From assembly GCA_951406725.2 (NCBI GenBank), contig OX597816.1:108376001-108440000 (forward strand): a DNA stretch of 64,000 nucleotides, given 5' to 3'. The position numbers and the translations under genes were made by a program. Below, one piece after another: positions 1 to 14,861 of this stretch (its first letter is position 1; each line of letters starts with the position of its first letter). The notes beneath the pieces were generated by a model. The model did no database searches and had not been told where the DNA came from. It worked only from the letters and a program-made list of their open reading frames with translations. This DNA comes from Octopus vulgaris. Lineage: Eukaryota.

Positions 1-514
1 TATATGCTATTCAACAGAATGATCGAACAGGTCTTTAAAGGTAGACTTGAGAATCTATACTCTTCAGACAGTTCCAATAACCGACGATTTGAATAACTGT
101 CTATATACATAAATCAACTAAGAAAAGCAAAACAAATTAGTACGTTTATATGAGCATTTTACAAGATTCATTTCATATATTTCCTCTCACAAAACATAAC
201 TAATACTATCGTAATAATATCTAGTAACAATTTCTGCATGTTATTTTGTAGTTTTCTAATTATTATATTAATTCGTTTTTATTTGACATAAGTTTGGGTA
301 TTTCAGTGTGTCTGTGTGTGTATTTATGTGCATGCCTGTGGTGTATATTTCTGTCTTCTCTCTCATTCTCTGACTGTCTCTCTCTCTCTTTTTCTCTCTC
401 TTTCTCTGTATGTATATATATACACGAGCGCGGATGTGTGGTGTATACATTATCTTTCAATATTTTTTTATTATACAGCACATTCTTTAATTAGTTATAA
501 AGCACACATATTCT

Positions 515-680
<166 letters not shown>

Positions 681-1336
681 TTGCACCACTTTTTATACTA
701 TATTAGATGACTTTATATTGTATGTCATTAAAATATATTCATATCTTTAAACTTTATTTTTATCATTAAACATACGTTTGTGTATATCTTGAATCCTGCG
801 TATCATCCTATATGCATGCGTGTATGTGTGTGTGTGAGTGCGTATGTTTACTGCATAACCTCTGTACCTGTATATTCGGTATATACTTTATACATCTGAT
901 ATACATGCTTCTCATAATTTGTATAGTATATATTATGATGTATATCTTATCATTTATTTCATTATAATACACGTTATATATTATATCATTTATATTTTGC
1001 AACTTTAGCCGTGTTATTTCTTTTATTCTTTCGTCCTTTTATTGCACTGCGGTTATTTTAACGTATATCGATATACTTATATATATATATATATATATTA
1101 TATATAAAAGGGCTTAGTAAAATAAATTACTTTGCCGCATACTGAACTCATTAGAAATAGCAGCATGTTGTTTGTTGATTTTAACCCACGCTGGTGGAAG
1201 GGGGAGAGCAGAAATTCTTCGCTTGCATATTTGAATTTGCTGGCACTGTTAGTTGCGAGTAGATCTTCGGAGGCGATGGGAAGCCGAATAGGTATGCTCC
1301 TGCTTTCAGTATTTTCAAATCCAAACCAGGGAGTTC

Positions 1337-1389
1337 TGAGCTGATGATAGAAGTGTCGAGTTTGACTAATCTTGAAACGTACGTTCTCA
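1337..1389 (+). ncRNA. Minimal type I hammerhead ribozyme motif, copy 1
   Basis: tgag-CTGATGA-[tagaagtgtcgagtttgactaatctt]-GAAA-C-gtac-GTT-ctca. Stem I tgag/ctca, intact core strands, palindromic stem III AACGTACGTT, GUU cleavage triplet. Stem II is imperfect (U-U at its base, gtcg/tgac apical). Confidence 0.6.
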
Positions 1390-1896
1390 AATAACCTTTG
1401 CATTTGATTTTTTAATGTTTCTACCCTCATACTTTCGTGAGTTGAATTGAACAAGCACTATATGAGAGAGATTTTCTTTAAGTATTGGAAATAGTTTTAA
1501 AAAAGTTTTTTTTAGCTGCTATTTCTAATGAGTTCAGTATGCGGCAAAGTAATTTATTTTACTAAGCCCTTTTATATAATATAATAATTTGAATTCGTCT
1601 TAAATGGTCCCTTTGCATACTGAATACTTGGTGAAATTGATTAATTAATTAATTTTACCCTCAATTGTTGAAATTATAATTCATCTTTCTCTATTTAATG
1701 CCTCGGATTTTACCGAAAAAAAGCATGTTGTTTGTTGATTTTAACCCACGCTGGTGGAAGGGGGAGAGCAGAAATTCTTCGCTTGCATATTTGAATTTGC
1801 TGGCACTGTTAGTTGCGAGTAGATCTTCGGAGGCGATGGGAAGCCGAATAGGTATGCTCCTGCTTTCAGTGTTTTCAAATCCAAACCAGGGAGTTC

Positions 1897-1949
1897 TGAG
1901 CTGATGATAGAAGTGTCGAGTTTGACTAATCTTGAAACGTACGTTCTCA
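1897..1949 (+). ncRNA. Minimal type I hammerhead ribozyme motif, copy 2
   Basis: Identical to 1337-1389, 560 bp downstream. Confidence 0.6.
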
Positions 1950-2229
1950 AATAACCTTTGCATTTGATTTTTTAATGTTTCTACCCTCATACTTTCGTGA
2001 GTTGAATTGAACAAGCACTATATGAGAGAGATTTTCTTTAAGTATTGGAAATAGTTTTAAAAAAGTTTTTTTTAGCTGCTATTTCTAATGAGTTCAGTAT
2101 GCGGCAAAGTAATTTATTTTACTAAGCCCTTTTATATAATGTAATAATTTGAATTCGCCTTAAATGGTCCCTTTGCATACTGAATACTTGGTGAAATTGA
2201 TTAATTAATTAATTTTACCCTCAATTGTT

Positions 2230-2274
<45 letters not shown>

Positions 2275-2614
2275 TAACAGTTAATATATATCATGTTACC
2301 AATTTAGTGTGTTATATATGTAAATTTGTTATGCATCATATATATAAATTTTTTGTTGCTTTTCATTAATTCTTCATTACTTTTTCATTTTATTGATTTT
2401 CATATTAATTTCATATTTACACCACAACGATAACCAGTTACATATGGTTTTTTTTGTGTGTATAGTAATGTGTGTGCATGTGTGTGAGAGAGAGTTTATA
2501 TATGTGACTATATTTGTTTCATGTATGCAAATGTGTGTATGTATAGCAATATGTAGGAGTCAGAATCAGTTTCTGAGTTTATACAGTACCCTTAAGTATG
2601 TATATATATATATT

Positions 2615-2649
<35 letters not shown>

Positions 2650-2737
2650 ATGTATACGTATGTGTGTGTACACGTTCACAAGTACACATATACATCTCTA
2701 AACATATATACAGGCAAACATATACACGTACACTTAC

Positions 2738-2769
<32 letters not shown>

Positions 2770-3696
2770 ATGCACGTATATGTGTGTGTATGAGTGCGTA
2801 TATAAGCTTATGAACATCATCTCCATCAACATTTCCAAAGACAACGCTACCCTAATCACCATCATCATAATCAACACCATTATCACTAACATCACTACTA
2901 CCTCCATCTATTTTTCAGCATTACCCCATCCACCACTTTTATTCATTCTGTCCTACATACGTGTGTATTTGATATTAGATTTTAGCGACAAAAACAGTGT
3001 TAGTACCAAATAGCAACCTTTATATCTTACTGAATGTGAGTCTATTATAAGAACACCGCAATACTGCAGAATTTGTCTTGAGAAAGCATCACATACTAGT
3101 GCTAAAACTAATACTAATACTGCCAGCAGGTCGCTAAGATCTAATTTTCATCTGCGTGTTGTTTGCGTCACCTGTGCATTAGTAGTCAGTGTTTTACTCT
3201 ATATCATTGTTTAATGACCCTCTAGCAGTACTACCACCGGTGCTGGACAATTTTCCCTCTGTCTCTGATTCTCTGTGCTTTTAAGCACTAAATGCCTATT
3301 CGAAATCTTTTAATGCTTTCGTTATACTTGGACGTATGGAAACATTTCTCTGGGGAAATAACCGACGGAGAATATTATCCCTACAGAAAATTTGTTTGTA
3401 AAATCTCATTGGGCTATCAAAGAGCCCATACAAACCTCGGGATGAATGCGTTTCTGCGTCGTCGTTATACCGTATCAAATACTGATGCCGAACCAGTCGT
3501 TCATTACCCACGCATGTTTTTTTCACATTTATTAACAATGACGAGCATTTTTTCCCGAGTATATTTCAGAAGTGAAGGGTATTTTCACGTTCATATCTAC
3601 ATGAATGTGTGATGTATGTGTGTATTCATTCAAAACATTCTATGGGTAAATCTGCCTTTCTTCTCTTTCTCTCTCTGCCTCTCCCTATCTCTTTCC

Positions 3697-3732
<36 letters not shown>

Positions 3733-4102
3733 ATATATATATATATTATACATCACACACACACACACACACACACATAAATACGAATTTATCCTTCCAT
3801 ATAAGTAAATATATGAATTTCTATATAAATTTGTATATGCATGCAAATATATGCTTATATACGTGAGTGTATGCATGTATCTATACAAATATAGATTAAT
3901 ATGCGTACAAATGTAATAAAAAAAATTAAAGTGCAGACAATATATATATTCCATATCTTCCACTACACTTAACCAGGAAATATAATTATATTCAATCTTT
4001 CTTGGTATTGTTGTGTATCATACCTTTCTAATTGAATGCATTAATATTTAAAAAATGTGAAGTCACTAATATGTGTACATGTACGTATGTGTATATATAT
4101 AG

Positions 4103-4176
<74 letters not shown>

Positions 4177-4209
4177 ATATACATGTATATACACACACAC
4201 ATTCATATA

Positions 4210-4250
<41 letters not shown>

Positions 4251-4367
4251 GTATATTATGATTAGTGTAATTTATGAATACACTTTAATTACCCAAAACG
4301 TAATTCCTAGGTTCTCGTGATTTACTGTATATTCTTTCACCTTAAACAAGCTAATCATTAAAAACTA

Positions 4368-4420
<53 letters not shown>

Positions 4421-6989
4421 TATAACGTATATAACATGTGTATAAGATATGTCATTTATATATATATATGTATGTACATGCACGCATTTATAAATACTTA
4501 CATGGAATATATAATTATCTATTTACATATAATAAACACGTATGTTTTGTGAGTAGATATATGTCTTCCAGTAATGAATTGCAGTGAACCTTTTGTGATA
4601 AAAAGAGAGCATAAAACGAAAGAATATGTAGGTTAAAAGTTACTGAGCTATCCTTCGGCTTGAACTCACTATGCGGCAACTAAAGTCCATCATTTTATCC
4701 TATTGTCACAGATAATAGTGCATGAAAAAATATGCATACACAAAATTATAAACACACTTTGACACTCACAATTACACATACACGCACACGTTCATATACA
4801 CACTCATATACAAGCTCACAAATGCTCACGAATATATTTACATAGATCGTATTAATCATGTATGCTTGCGTTTAAAATTGTGCAAACACCTGTGTGTATT
4901 CAGCAACTAGTAATTTATACAAATGCGTCCGCTTGTCGACAGAAGATAAGCAATATGAAACCTAAGGTATGGGTTAGAAAATTCATTATCTCGTATCTTT
5001 GTTTTATACGTGTTTCAGTCATTAGACTGTTCCATGCTGGGTCGCCGCCCTGAAGAATTTTGATCAAACAAATCAATCCCAATACTTATTTAAGTGTGAT
5101 GTTTATTTTAACGGTCTCTTTTGCTGCTTCGTTAAGTTACGTAAACAAACCAATGCCGATTGTTCCACTAAACCCTTCAAGATATCTCTCAGTATAGTCG
5201 CTGTCCAACTTGTGAAACAAAAGCTGTGTGTACGTATGTGTGTGAATGTATGTATATCTATCGATCCATTTATTTATCTATACACATACACACGCACACA
5301 CGCATACACAAATATACACACATACACACACTTACACACACACACACACACAAACATATATATATATATACATACACACACACAATTCCATATTTTTCAC
5401 GTCCTCGTTTTAGGAATTAGGACCTCGGTTTGCTTCAGCCTCCGCCAGGCATTCTTTTTCGTGTAAGAATGTTGGATTGCTTCAAGTTGCTCCGTTAGTT
5501 TGACACTATATAAGACGATTATAATTGGAGCAATATTCCAGATAGCTGAAAACAAGTGCCCCCTACAAAACCAACAAAGTCCCTTACTCTCTTGGTTTGC
5601 ATGATTTCAGAATAAAACCCTCCAGCCAGTTGTCATTTTAGTATTAAGCACATAGAACGTTGCATCATTCATCACTATGATTCACGGGTTACACACTGAT
5701 TAAGACCCGAGGTTCGCTATCTCTCTTCGTCCTGCGTATTCTAATGGCAATGTGTTTGTAGGCTGATAACGAAGCGCTAATAATTTTCCAGCGTTGAGCT
5801 GTATGTTGTTTATTTCAGCCTATTTGAACTTAGATCTCGCTGTAATATTGTGTTTTCAAAACATTTCTTATTGCCTGTGATGCAGTCATATAGGCACAGT
5901 AGCAGCTGCAAGTAACTGCCTGCATGACGAAGGGTATTTCTGAGAGAGCCACAATGAACAGCAGTGTCTCTAGCACAGTTATTTAAGATCTACACTTAAA
6001 ATTAATGTCTCCTCTGAGAGGGTAACGTCAGCAGCAGTTTTGCAACTCCTGTGTTTTAAGTTTGCTATATACGAGAAATGTCTTCAATAGTTTTCGACAC
6101 AGCCTTTTTGCATACCTTTAAGAGAGTCTTTGCTAAACTATCAGAACAGCTGGTGAGTTCAGACTCATTTCATTATTATTTGATATTACAACTTACTCCT
6201 TTATGTCCATATATTTGATGGCTACATTTCTCTATGTAGAGGTCTAATGTAGGAGAACTCATCTGGCTTATTTGCATATATCCTATCATACAAATGAAAA
6301 CATTTTGGAATGTTTATTCAGTATTTCACTAACGACCTGTAAACAGTGAGTTGCTTCCTTTGTAAAATGGATCTATTTGCAAATGCATTTATATATATAT
6401 CCGAGTTTGTATGATTGTGTATAGAAGAATATATTAATCAATGAAATTCCACAGTCGACAACTATACCGAAATGATTAGCTTTGTCCTTTAAATAACTTC
6501 CAGTGATCTCCAACAGGTTGAATCTTACGAACTGTATTTTGGCCAATCAGTATGTGGTTTAGATGTCACGGTTTGGTAAATACACCAACTTGTTTATCTC
6601 GTTTATTTTTTTGTTTTTTTTCAACGAAATATTTTAGCAAATTAGTTTGCGACTTAGACGTCACGGTTTGGTGGGCACATCAAGGATTCTTTATTTGACC
6701 GCACCTAAAACAGTAATTGTTTGGCTATATTTAGGAATTTTGTAGTAAACAACATTCCTGTTTTCATTGAATTTTATTGCTACTAATCCAACAATTTTCC
6801 AGAAATTTTACAATTGAATCAAGTCAACACTGATATGGTTCGCACTACCACCATCATCGCCATCACCTTTATTATTGGGGGTGGTGGTGGTGGTAGTGTT
6901 GGTGGTAGTAGTAGTAAAGCCGTAGTACTTATTATTGTTATTATCATCATTACAACTATCACCGTTACTATATCTAATATTATTATTGT

Positions 6990-7905
6990 CCATTTAAAAC
7001 GGGCTTGAATTTATCAATAGAGTTCTTTTCTCTGACTTTTCTCTAGACTTCACATGACTTGTGTAGTTTGTGGTATGGGAATATCATAAACATTTTCTGA
7101 CCACATGTTGACAGATGATCGCTTAAAGGGATTTGACGGGCATCAGGATCCCTAATTTACTGTCTGCGCACACGTGAACGTTCTGATAATGCATGCCCAG
7201 TCTGAGCAACGTATATCTTTTCACAATTTGGGTTTCTGATGCAGCAAATTAAATTTCTGCTTTTGTACTTCTTATTGGCATTTGCAAATATTCTTCCGGT
7301 TTTTGTGTTCATATATTGACCGGTGTGTATGAACTGACATGTACCACATCGATTATCATTGCATTTAGATACAATGAATGATTTGTCATTGTTGCTTAGG
7401 TCAAACTTGGCCTTTGTTAATAATTGTTTCAAGTTTTTCGGCTGTCTTTTACTTACAAACATAGCTCGATCCTTGATTGTATCCTTTAATTCATTACTGT
7501 GGGCAATAATCAGCAAGTTTGCATTGGCAATGGTTAAGATATTTTAGTGACACGGATTGTATGTCACTATAAATAGTATGACCTGTTCTTGTTTTCCTCT
7601 TTCTTGGGTTGCCCTAAGTTGTTGTATGAGTATTTCTATAGCACGTTATATACCATTTACTATAAGTAGAGGCGAGTATTTTTCTTTGGGAAGAATTTTT
7701 TTTGAATTCTATTAGGCGTTTGTCTCTGGTATTCACATCTTCCTCAATGGCACGAATTTTTCTGGCTAGGCAGTATGGGATATTGCGTTTTGTATGTGTA
7801 GGATGGCACGATTTAAAGTTCAAGTATTGATGCGTGTATTTAAAGTTCAGGTATTGTGTCGGGTGTTTATAGTATATATCAATGGTGATGGTGGTGTCAT
7901 TTTTA
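6990..7905 (-). mobile_element. Penelope-like element 3' fragment (RT thumb, Cys motif, GIY-YIG endonuclease), frameshifted
   Basis: Minus-strand peptides TIDIYYK..HQYLNFKSCHPTHTKRNIPY, KCNDNRCGTC, NLICCIRNPNCEKIYVAQTG and RQIPLSDHL. The CxxxRCxxC linker is typical of Neptune-type PLEs. Confidence 0.85.
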
Positions 7906-7939
7906 ATTGTATATATAATTATGCATATATAGGTTAAAG

Positions 7940-8220
7940 ATCCCCTTCCGTCACGAATGACCATGGAATTGAAAGTTCCCGTCCGAGGCACAAGTCTGGG
8001 CAACGTTGTTTTGTAGAGGACCAACAGCTGCCCATGCGTACCAGTCTTCCCTCTTCACGCCACCGCTGTTGTCCAAGGGACAGGCAAAGACCGATACAGC
8101 TTGACACCAGTGACGTCACAACTCATTTCGACAGCAACGTGAAATTAAGTGTCTTTCTCAAGAAAACAACACACAGCCCGGTCCAAGAATGGAATCCACA
8201 ACCTCACGATAATAAACCCG
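7940..8220 (-). mobile_element. Degenerate tRNA-derived SINE
   Basis: Minus strand shows a B-box-like head followed by GGGCTGTGTGTTGTTTTCTTGAGAAAGACACTTAATTTCACGTTG. A related head is at 55570-55690 (+). Confidence 0.55.
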
Positions 8221-8244
8221 ATATATGACACATATGTGTGTGTC

Positions 8245-8298
<54 letters not shown>

Positions 8299-9667
8299 CA
8301 TGTCTACGTATTATTCTTTTGCAGGAAGAGTGGTAACAGTTGCTTCGAAGTTTCGCCCTGCTAGTGTCAGATAGTTCGATGTCACTATCACCCCGCTTCT
8401 TATAAAAGTATAAATATGTATTTGTAACGGTGAAATTGATTTGTAAACAATATGATGATGATGTCGCAGTCAGCAGTAGTAACGATAAAAATTTGTTCTT
8501 ATTACGGCATGTAAAATGTGAAAGATGAACAATGCATAACGTTTTAAGGAAATATTTATTTACCGTTATGTTACAAATACCTTGCCTCGACGGGCAGGTT
8601 ATGATAAATCCAAAAGCATGCGAAGTAAAGTTTGTGTTTGTGTTCCCTTCCTAGTTTAGTAGTAACTGGGGAGAGAGATAGAATTATATTGTAAGAGAAC
8701 AGAATTAGAGCTAATGAGAGAGAGTTGTAGGGTGTGGGATGTTGTCTCACTGTTGCTGACAGTAAACATCATTTCTCCATCGAACCAATGTTCTGGCTGA
8801 TCAGCCAGATTTCGTTGAGTCGTCACAGACTGTGACTAACTGATTTTTGCTTGGGGTGTGCTTGCTTATATAACCATCCAGAAGGCTAGATATATAATTG
8901 AGAACAATAGATTTAGTTGGTGATCTTGTTATCTCTATTCTAGCTTTTGGTGAAGTAGAAGAGGTTAGAAAGGGTTAAGTGGTGAAGACATTATTTCGGC
9001 CTTGTTAAAGGCATCTGGAAAATGTAAAACTGATGTCCATCGTGGGAAAAGTTCTGTTGCACTGTTAATTTAAATTTGGCTGTGGTGGATCGAATCGACT
9101 TCATGCATGCAAAATCCACTACATATTCTACAAAAAATGTATTTAGTAATTCTCCAGTTTAATGTTAAATAGTTTTTATCATAACTCGACATATAAACAA
9201 ACATATATGCGTGTGTGAGAGTGCGTATATATATATGACTAGGTGTATCTATGTATGCATGCATGCATGTATGTATGTATGTGTTTATTCATGGCTGTAT
9301 GCATGTATAGATTTATTTCGGATCTTGATGAATACGTTCTCTTTGGATTTTAACATAACTATAAACATTACACAAAAATGTATATTTTGCATACGTCATA
9401 GATATATTTTTTAAAATTATATGCCAGTTATTGTTCATCTAAACGAAACAAACTTTAGCGTAGGTTCTTTTTATGCATTGTTAATAAAGATTTCTTCTAT
9501 GTGAAAATACGCAAGCACACGCATTTATATACATTTATTCAAACATACATATACACATATGCACTGATGTATTGAATATATATAAACATACACATATTTA
9601 TACATGTGTATATGCGTGAATATACATACATGGGTGTATGTGTGTGTAATATATACATATATATAAC

Positions 9668-9729
9668 TTCTCCTTCCACCCACGTTACAATATTAAAATA
9701 AATTTAACCCAAACCACATCAACCATATA
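9668..9729 (+). repeat. 62-bp exact copy of an internal segment (11809-11870) of the downstream Penelope-like element
   Basis: ttctccttccacccacgttacaatattaaaataaatttaacccaaaccacatcaaccatata is identical at both positions. Confidence 0.9.
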
Positions 9730-9740
9730 GAGAGAGAGAT

Positions 9741-9787
<47 letters not shown>

Positions 9788-9882
9788 TATATATATATAT
9801 GTATGCATTATACATATGCAGATGTACATATATGTGTGTGTGTGTGTGTGTGTGTATTTATGTATGTATGTATGTATGTATG

Positions 9883-9945
<63 letters not shown>

Positions 9946-10496
9946 GTATATGTATATGTATATATGCACTTATACACACACTACATACATACATACATAC
10001 ATACAATTACGTCGTGTGCTTGTTTCCATAGTTCAGAAACAAAGCAAATGCGAAGCAAAGATTCATTGAATTGAATGAAAAAAGTTTTCTTTATCGATTT
10101 CTATAGTTTTGATTTATTAAAACGGAGCGAACAACCACTGTCGTCTGCTGTCAGTGTACATGGATGGAAAGACGGAAGTTTTCGTTATCGATTAGAAAAT
10201 GACTTAATTCTATATTGTGAAACCCACACATATCAGACTCGTATTCATGCTACTGGCACGCACACACACACACACACACGCATTAGATCTGTCTTTGTAT
10301 TTTACAGTCTCTCTCTTTCTATTTCTTTCTTTCTCACCCCCTCTCTCTCTATCTCTAACTCTCTCTCCTGTCCGTTTATCTATTTCTCCTATCTGTTTAT
10401 CTTTCGTTTTTTTATGTCATGTACCCATATATGCATGTATATATACATATATATATGTAGGTATGTACATATATGTATGTATATAAGCATATATTT

Positions 10497-10534
<38 letters not shown>

Positions 10535-10549
10535 CTATATTAGAACGTT

Positions 10550-10712
10550 GAACCCTGCACATTTTTTCTCTCCAGTTTTTCCTCTTAATCCTTTCTGTCG
10601 AAGAGCGTAGGCTCGAAACAAAAGACTGTTCCGAGCTTTAAACTAATGCACCTGCTTCTTGTTCCGAGACCTATCTTCGTCTTTCCTTTCTGTAAATTTG
10701 AACTATACGTAC
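10550..10712 (+). mobile_element. PLE pseudo-LTR-like fragment carrying a degenerate HHR motif (10591-10624)
   Basis: cttt-CTGTCGA-a-GAGC-gtag-GCTC-GAAAC-a-aaag, with stem I cttt/aaag and a 4-bp stem II. A homologous copy lies at 48160-48320. Confidence 0.55.
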
Positions 10713-10729
10713 ATATTCTTTTTCTTTTT

Positions 10730-11229
<500 letters not shown>

Positions 11230-11235
11230 ATATAT

Positions 11236-11267
<32 letters not shown>

Positions 11268-11373
11268 ATATATCTATATATACATACATATATATATATA
11301 TATATGTATATATGTATATATATATATATATATATATACGTATATATATACGTATATATGTATACATATATAC

Positions 11374-11404
<31 letters not shown>

Positions 11405-11416
11405 AATATATATATG

Positions 11417-11461
<45 letters not shown>

Positions 11462-11464
<3 letters not shown>

Positions 11465-14400
11465 AACATACGAAGAAATGACCCTACGCTTATCTAACAC
11501 AAACCACTGACAGATCTAGGGGACACAACTCCACCGACCTGACCTCTTTTACACCCCAAAATAACTTTCAAACAACAATGAGGAATTCAGCCCACGATAG
11601 AAAATCTGGACGTAATTCTCAAGGCATCCTACATACAAATCAAAGGCTCCGTCGAAACCTCCAGACTAACCTAAACTCTTGGGAACCAATATCTACCAAT
11701 CTGCTCCCATTATCTCACAGTCAATGGAAGAATTTTCCTCCGAGACTTAACCCTCAACATGGTTACTTCAACCATTCAACTAGACACAACCTGACTAGAC
11801 AACATAAATTCTCCTTCCACCCACGTTACAATATTAAAATAAATTTAACCCAAACCACATCAACCATATATAATATAACAACCCTCAGTACAACCATAAT
11901 CTAATCCACTACAGTCACTCCATCACATACATACTACCACAGATGCACTTTACACCCATTTTCTTCTCAGCAAACCAAACACAATACAGACTTTCCACAA
12001 CAATCCACTCACTACAATCATTTTTTAGACCTAAATCAGAGAAACAGAGATGTGAAATGGAACAAAATAGACAAGAACAACCGAAAATAATCAACTTATC
12101 AAAGAAAATCCTAAGTATTACACAAACTAAAATTCTAGTAAGAGGTTTAAAGTTTACTTCAACTCCTCGCAGATCGAACCCGAGTGAAATAAAGGATAAC
12201 ACTATGGATTTTTTGTGCGAAAATTACGCCTCACAGAAGCACTTCACAACTACACCAGTGAAGATGACTCAATACTAAAAAACAAAAGTGAATACTTTCC
12301 TACAAAAGTCAGAAATAAAGCACTTGATGCTTTTTGTGAACACATTACTAGTTTTCCTTTTAATACCCTACAAAAATAACAAATTAAATCCAACCTTAAT
12401 GTAAATGAATAGAAAGACCTAATCGAGTTAGAAAAATTATATAAACCTCACCAATAAAGAAGCCGATAAAGGAAGTGCAGTAGTGGTGATGGACACAGAG
12501 TACTACAAAAAGTTAATACTCTCCATGTTGGAAAATAATATTTACTATGAGAAGATAGTACAATACAACGCACAGAAGACACTTAAAAACTTATCCTCCT
12601 TACTTCAAATACATGGAAAGGGCCTCACTAAACACGAAATAGACTATTTATCCAATTTTAAATACAGACCAATTTTGAATGCAGGTAATTCTACGGATTA
12701 TCTATAATACACTAAAATCTACATATTTGCAAAGCTTGCAAAGTTTCTCCAAGCCTGTGCATTAATGTTCCTCCCCCTACTGACCTCAAACTGAGACCCA
12801 TCATTGCTGGCCCTGCTTGTGAAACCCACCGTTTGATCAACTTCCTCGACATCTTACTCAAACCGTTTCTAAAATATGTGAAAAGCTTCATCAGGGATGA
12901 CATGCTGAACCACCTCCCGAAGACAATAAATGAAGGAACCCTGTTAGTATCATTCGATGTGGTGAATTTGTACACCAATATCCCACACGATTATGGTATA
13001 GAAGCAATCACGTTCTGGCTAGAAAATTACCCAGAAGAGATCCCAGGACGCATTAACCACAGATTCATAATCGAAGCACTCAAATTAATCCTACTGAACA
13101 ACTATTTCATGTTCGATACAGTTTACTATCGACAAAAATGTTGAATTGCAATGGGAACCCGAGCTGCTCCAGTGATTGCGAACTTTGTAATGGGTTACCT
13201 AGCGCTTAAAATGTATCAATCATCACTACAAAAATATGGCACCTCATTTCATTGCTATTTAAAGAAGAACTAGAAGAGCTATTTGGACAATTGCTTTATA
13301 CTTTGGAAAGAGAGCATGGACAAACTCCTCGATTTCAAAATAATGCTTAACAATATTAATAGCAACATACAATTCACCATGGAGCACAGCAATAAACAAC
13401 TCCCTTTTCTTGACATCCTAATTAAAATAGTCAATAACCACATCGAAACAGACATCTATAAACCCACAGATTCTAAACAATACCTATTATTCAACTCATG
13501 CCACCCCAAACACATAAAAATTAATATACCTTATAATCTAGCAAAAGGAATATGTACCATAGTTTCGGACACCTATACTCGTGAACGAAGATTCCTTGAA
13601 CTCAGATCAATACTAATCAAAACACATTACCCAATATCATTAATAAATGATGGCACTAAACGAGCCATGGAAATAGATATACAAACATTAAGAGAAGTCA
13701 ACCGAAATACTAAACCAGACTTAAAAATACTCCCATACATTTCATACACAACCATAGAAACAACGAAGCCTTCAACATTATCATCCAAAATCGTCCCATC
13801 CTCACAGGAGATAAAACAATGAACAAAATTTTAGGCTCACAAAATTATCAAGAGCAAAAAGCAACCTAAATCATTGAAAAAATATTAACCAGCGCAAGAC
13901 TATATCCATTAACAGCAGAACAAAAAGTGAAAAAATGTGGTCGACCTAACTGTGGTACATGCCCTACTTTTTGGAGGGTTCAGAATTCCACTTTAAACAA
14001 GGTGAAATATTTAAGATAAAATCAAATTTCACCTGTGCCTCGGAAAATCTAATCTATGCCCTTACATGCTTAGAGTGTGGTAATAATTATATTGGCCGAA
14101 CAGGAATATCACTCCGTCGAAGACCCACTCTCCACAAAGAACAAATCCGCCACCCACAATACAGACAGATACAGGTTAGTGAACACATAGAAATGTGTGC
14201 TAGGAATCTTAATCCTAATTTCCTAATTCCAATTCAATATGAACACATAACATAATACAGAACACTACTAACCTTTCAATTAATACCACTAACCCTCATA
14301 CATTCCATACACCATTCATATTACAGATCTATATCTACCCTAATTGCACCAAATCCAGAACTGCTTACCTCCCTTACACATAATCGTTTTACTCAGGGAC

Positions 14401-14684
14401 TAGTAGACCTTACACCGTTCATTAATCAGTGCACATTCAAAGCAATGATTAGTAAATTCACGCAACCGGTATGCTTTTGAATCTCTTTAACAATTCACAA
14501 TAATGACTTTTATTACTTTTATTCCTACCTCAGTTCATCTAATTGTATATATCTATCGCTACTTTTCATAAAAAGCCTTTACTTTTTTTTGATTTTCAAT
14601 GTGCATTTTCGCATATTTTTCTTCTTATTTTCCCCTTACATTTCCACGTGTAGTTTCTATTTTCTTTTTGTAATATATTTCTAT

Positions 14685-14687
<3 letters not shown>
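11462..14687 (+). mobile_element. Near-complete, inactivated Penelope-like retroelement (Neptune-type; RT + GIY-YIG), flanked by (TA)n/(TATG)n
   Basis: Successive peptides IINLS..LVRGLKFTSTP, KEADKGSAVVVMD, LRPIIAG, LVSFDVVNLYTNIP, YYRQ..IAMGTRAAP, YLDNCF (catalytic YxDD mutated), LPFLDILI, TDIYKPTDSKQYL..SCHP, KKCGRPNCGTC and NLIYALTCLECGNNYIGRTG. Multiple stops and frameshifts. Boundaries approximate. Confidence 0.93.
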
Positions 14688-14716
<29 letters not shown>

Positions 14717-14742
14717 TGTATGTATGTATGTATGTATGTATG

Positions 14743-14791
<49 letters not shown>

Positions 14792-14813
14792 GTATACATA
14801 AACATATGTCTAC

Positions 14814-14861
<48 letters not shown>

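Larger units (their letters stand above)
1101..2229 (+). mobile_element. Penelope pseudo-LTR-like / retrozyme-like unit: 560-bp direct tandem preceded by a 64-bp inverted segment, inserted in (TA)n
   Basis: 1162-1669 is repeated at 1722-2229 (offset 560, about three substitutions seen). 1101-1164 is the reverse complement of 1515-1578. (TA)n lies on both sides. One HHR motif per unit. Confidence 0.75.

Noticed and set aside
25-72. Minus-strand CTGAAGA followed by a hairpin
   Set aside because: No GAAA strand and no stem I partner.
1098-2014. Duplicated 107-118 aa minus-strand ORFs (MFNSTHESMRV...)
   Set aside because: No recognisable domain. They lie antisense within the non-coding HHR tandem and recur only because the unit is duplicated.
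5400-6750. Possible hAT fossil on the minus strand
   Set aside because: Only vague motif resemblance and no TIRs identified.
10075-10250. FRYRLENDLILY peptide resembling an nAChR N-terminal helix
   Set aside because: No signal peptide or convincing splice donor, it runs into microsatellite, and the similarity is too weak.
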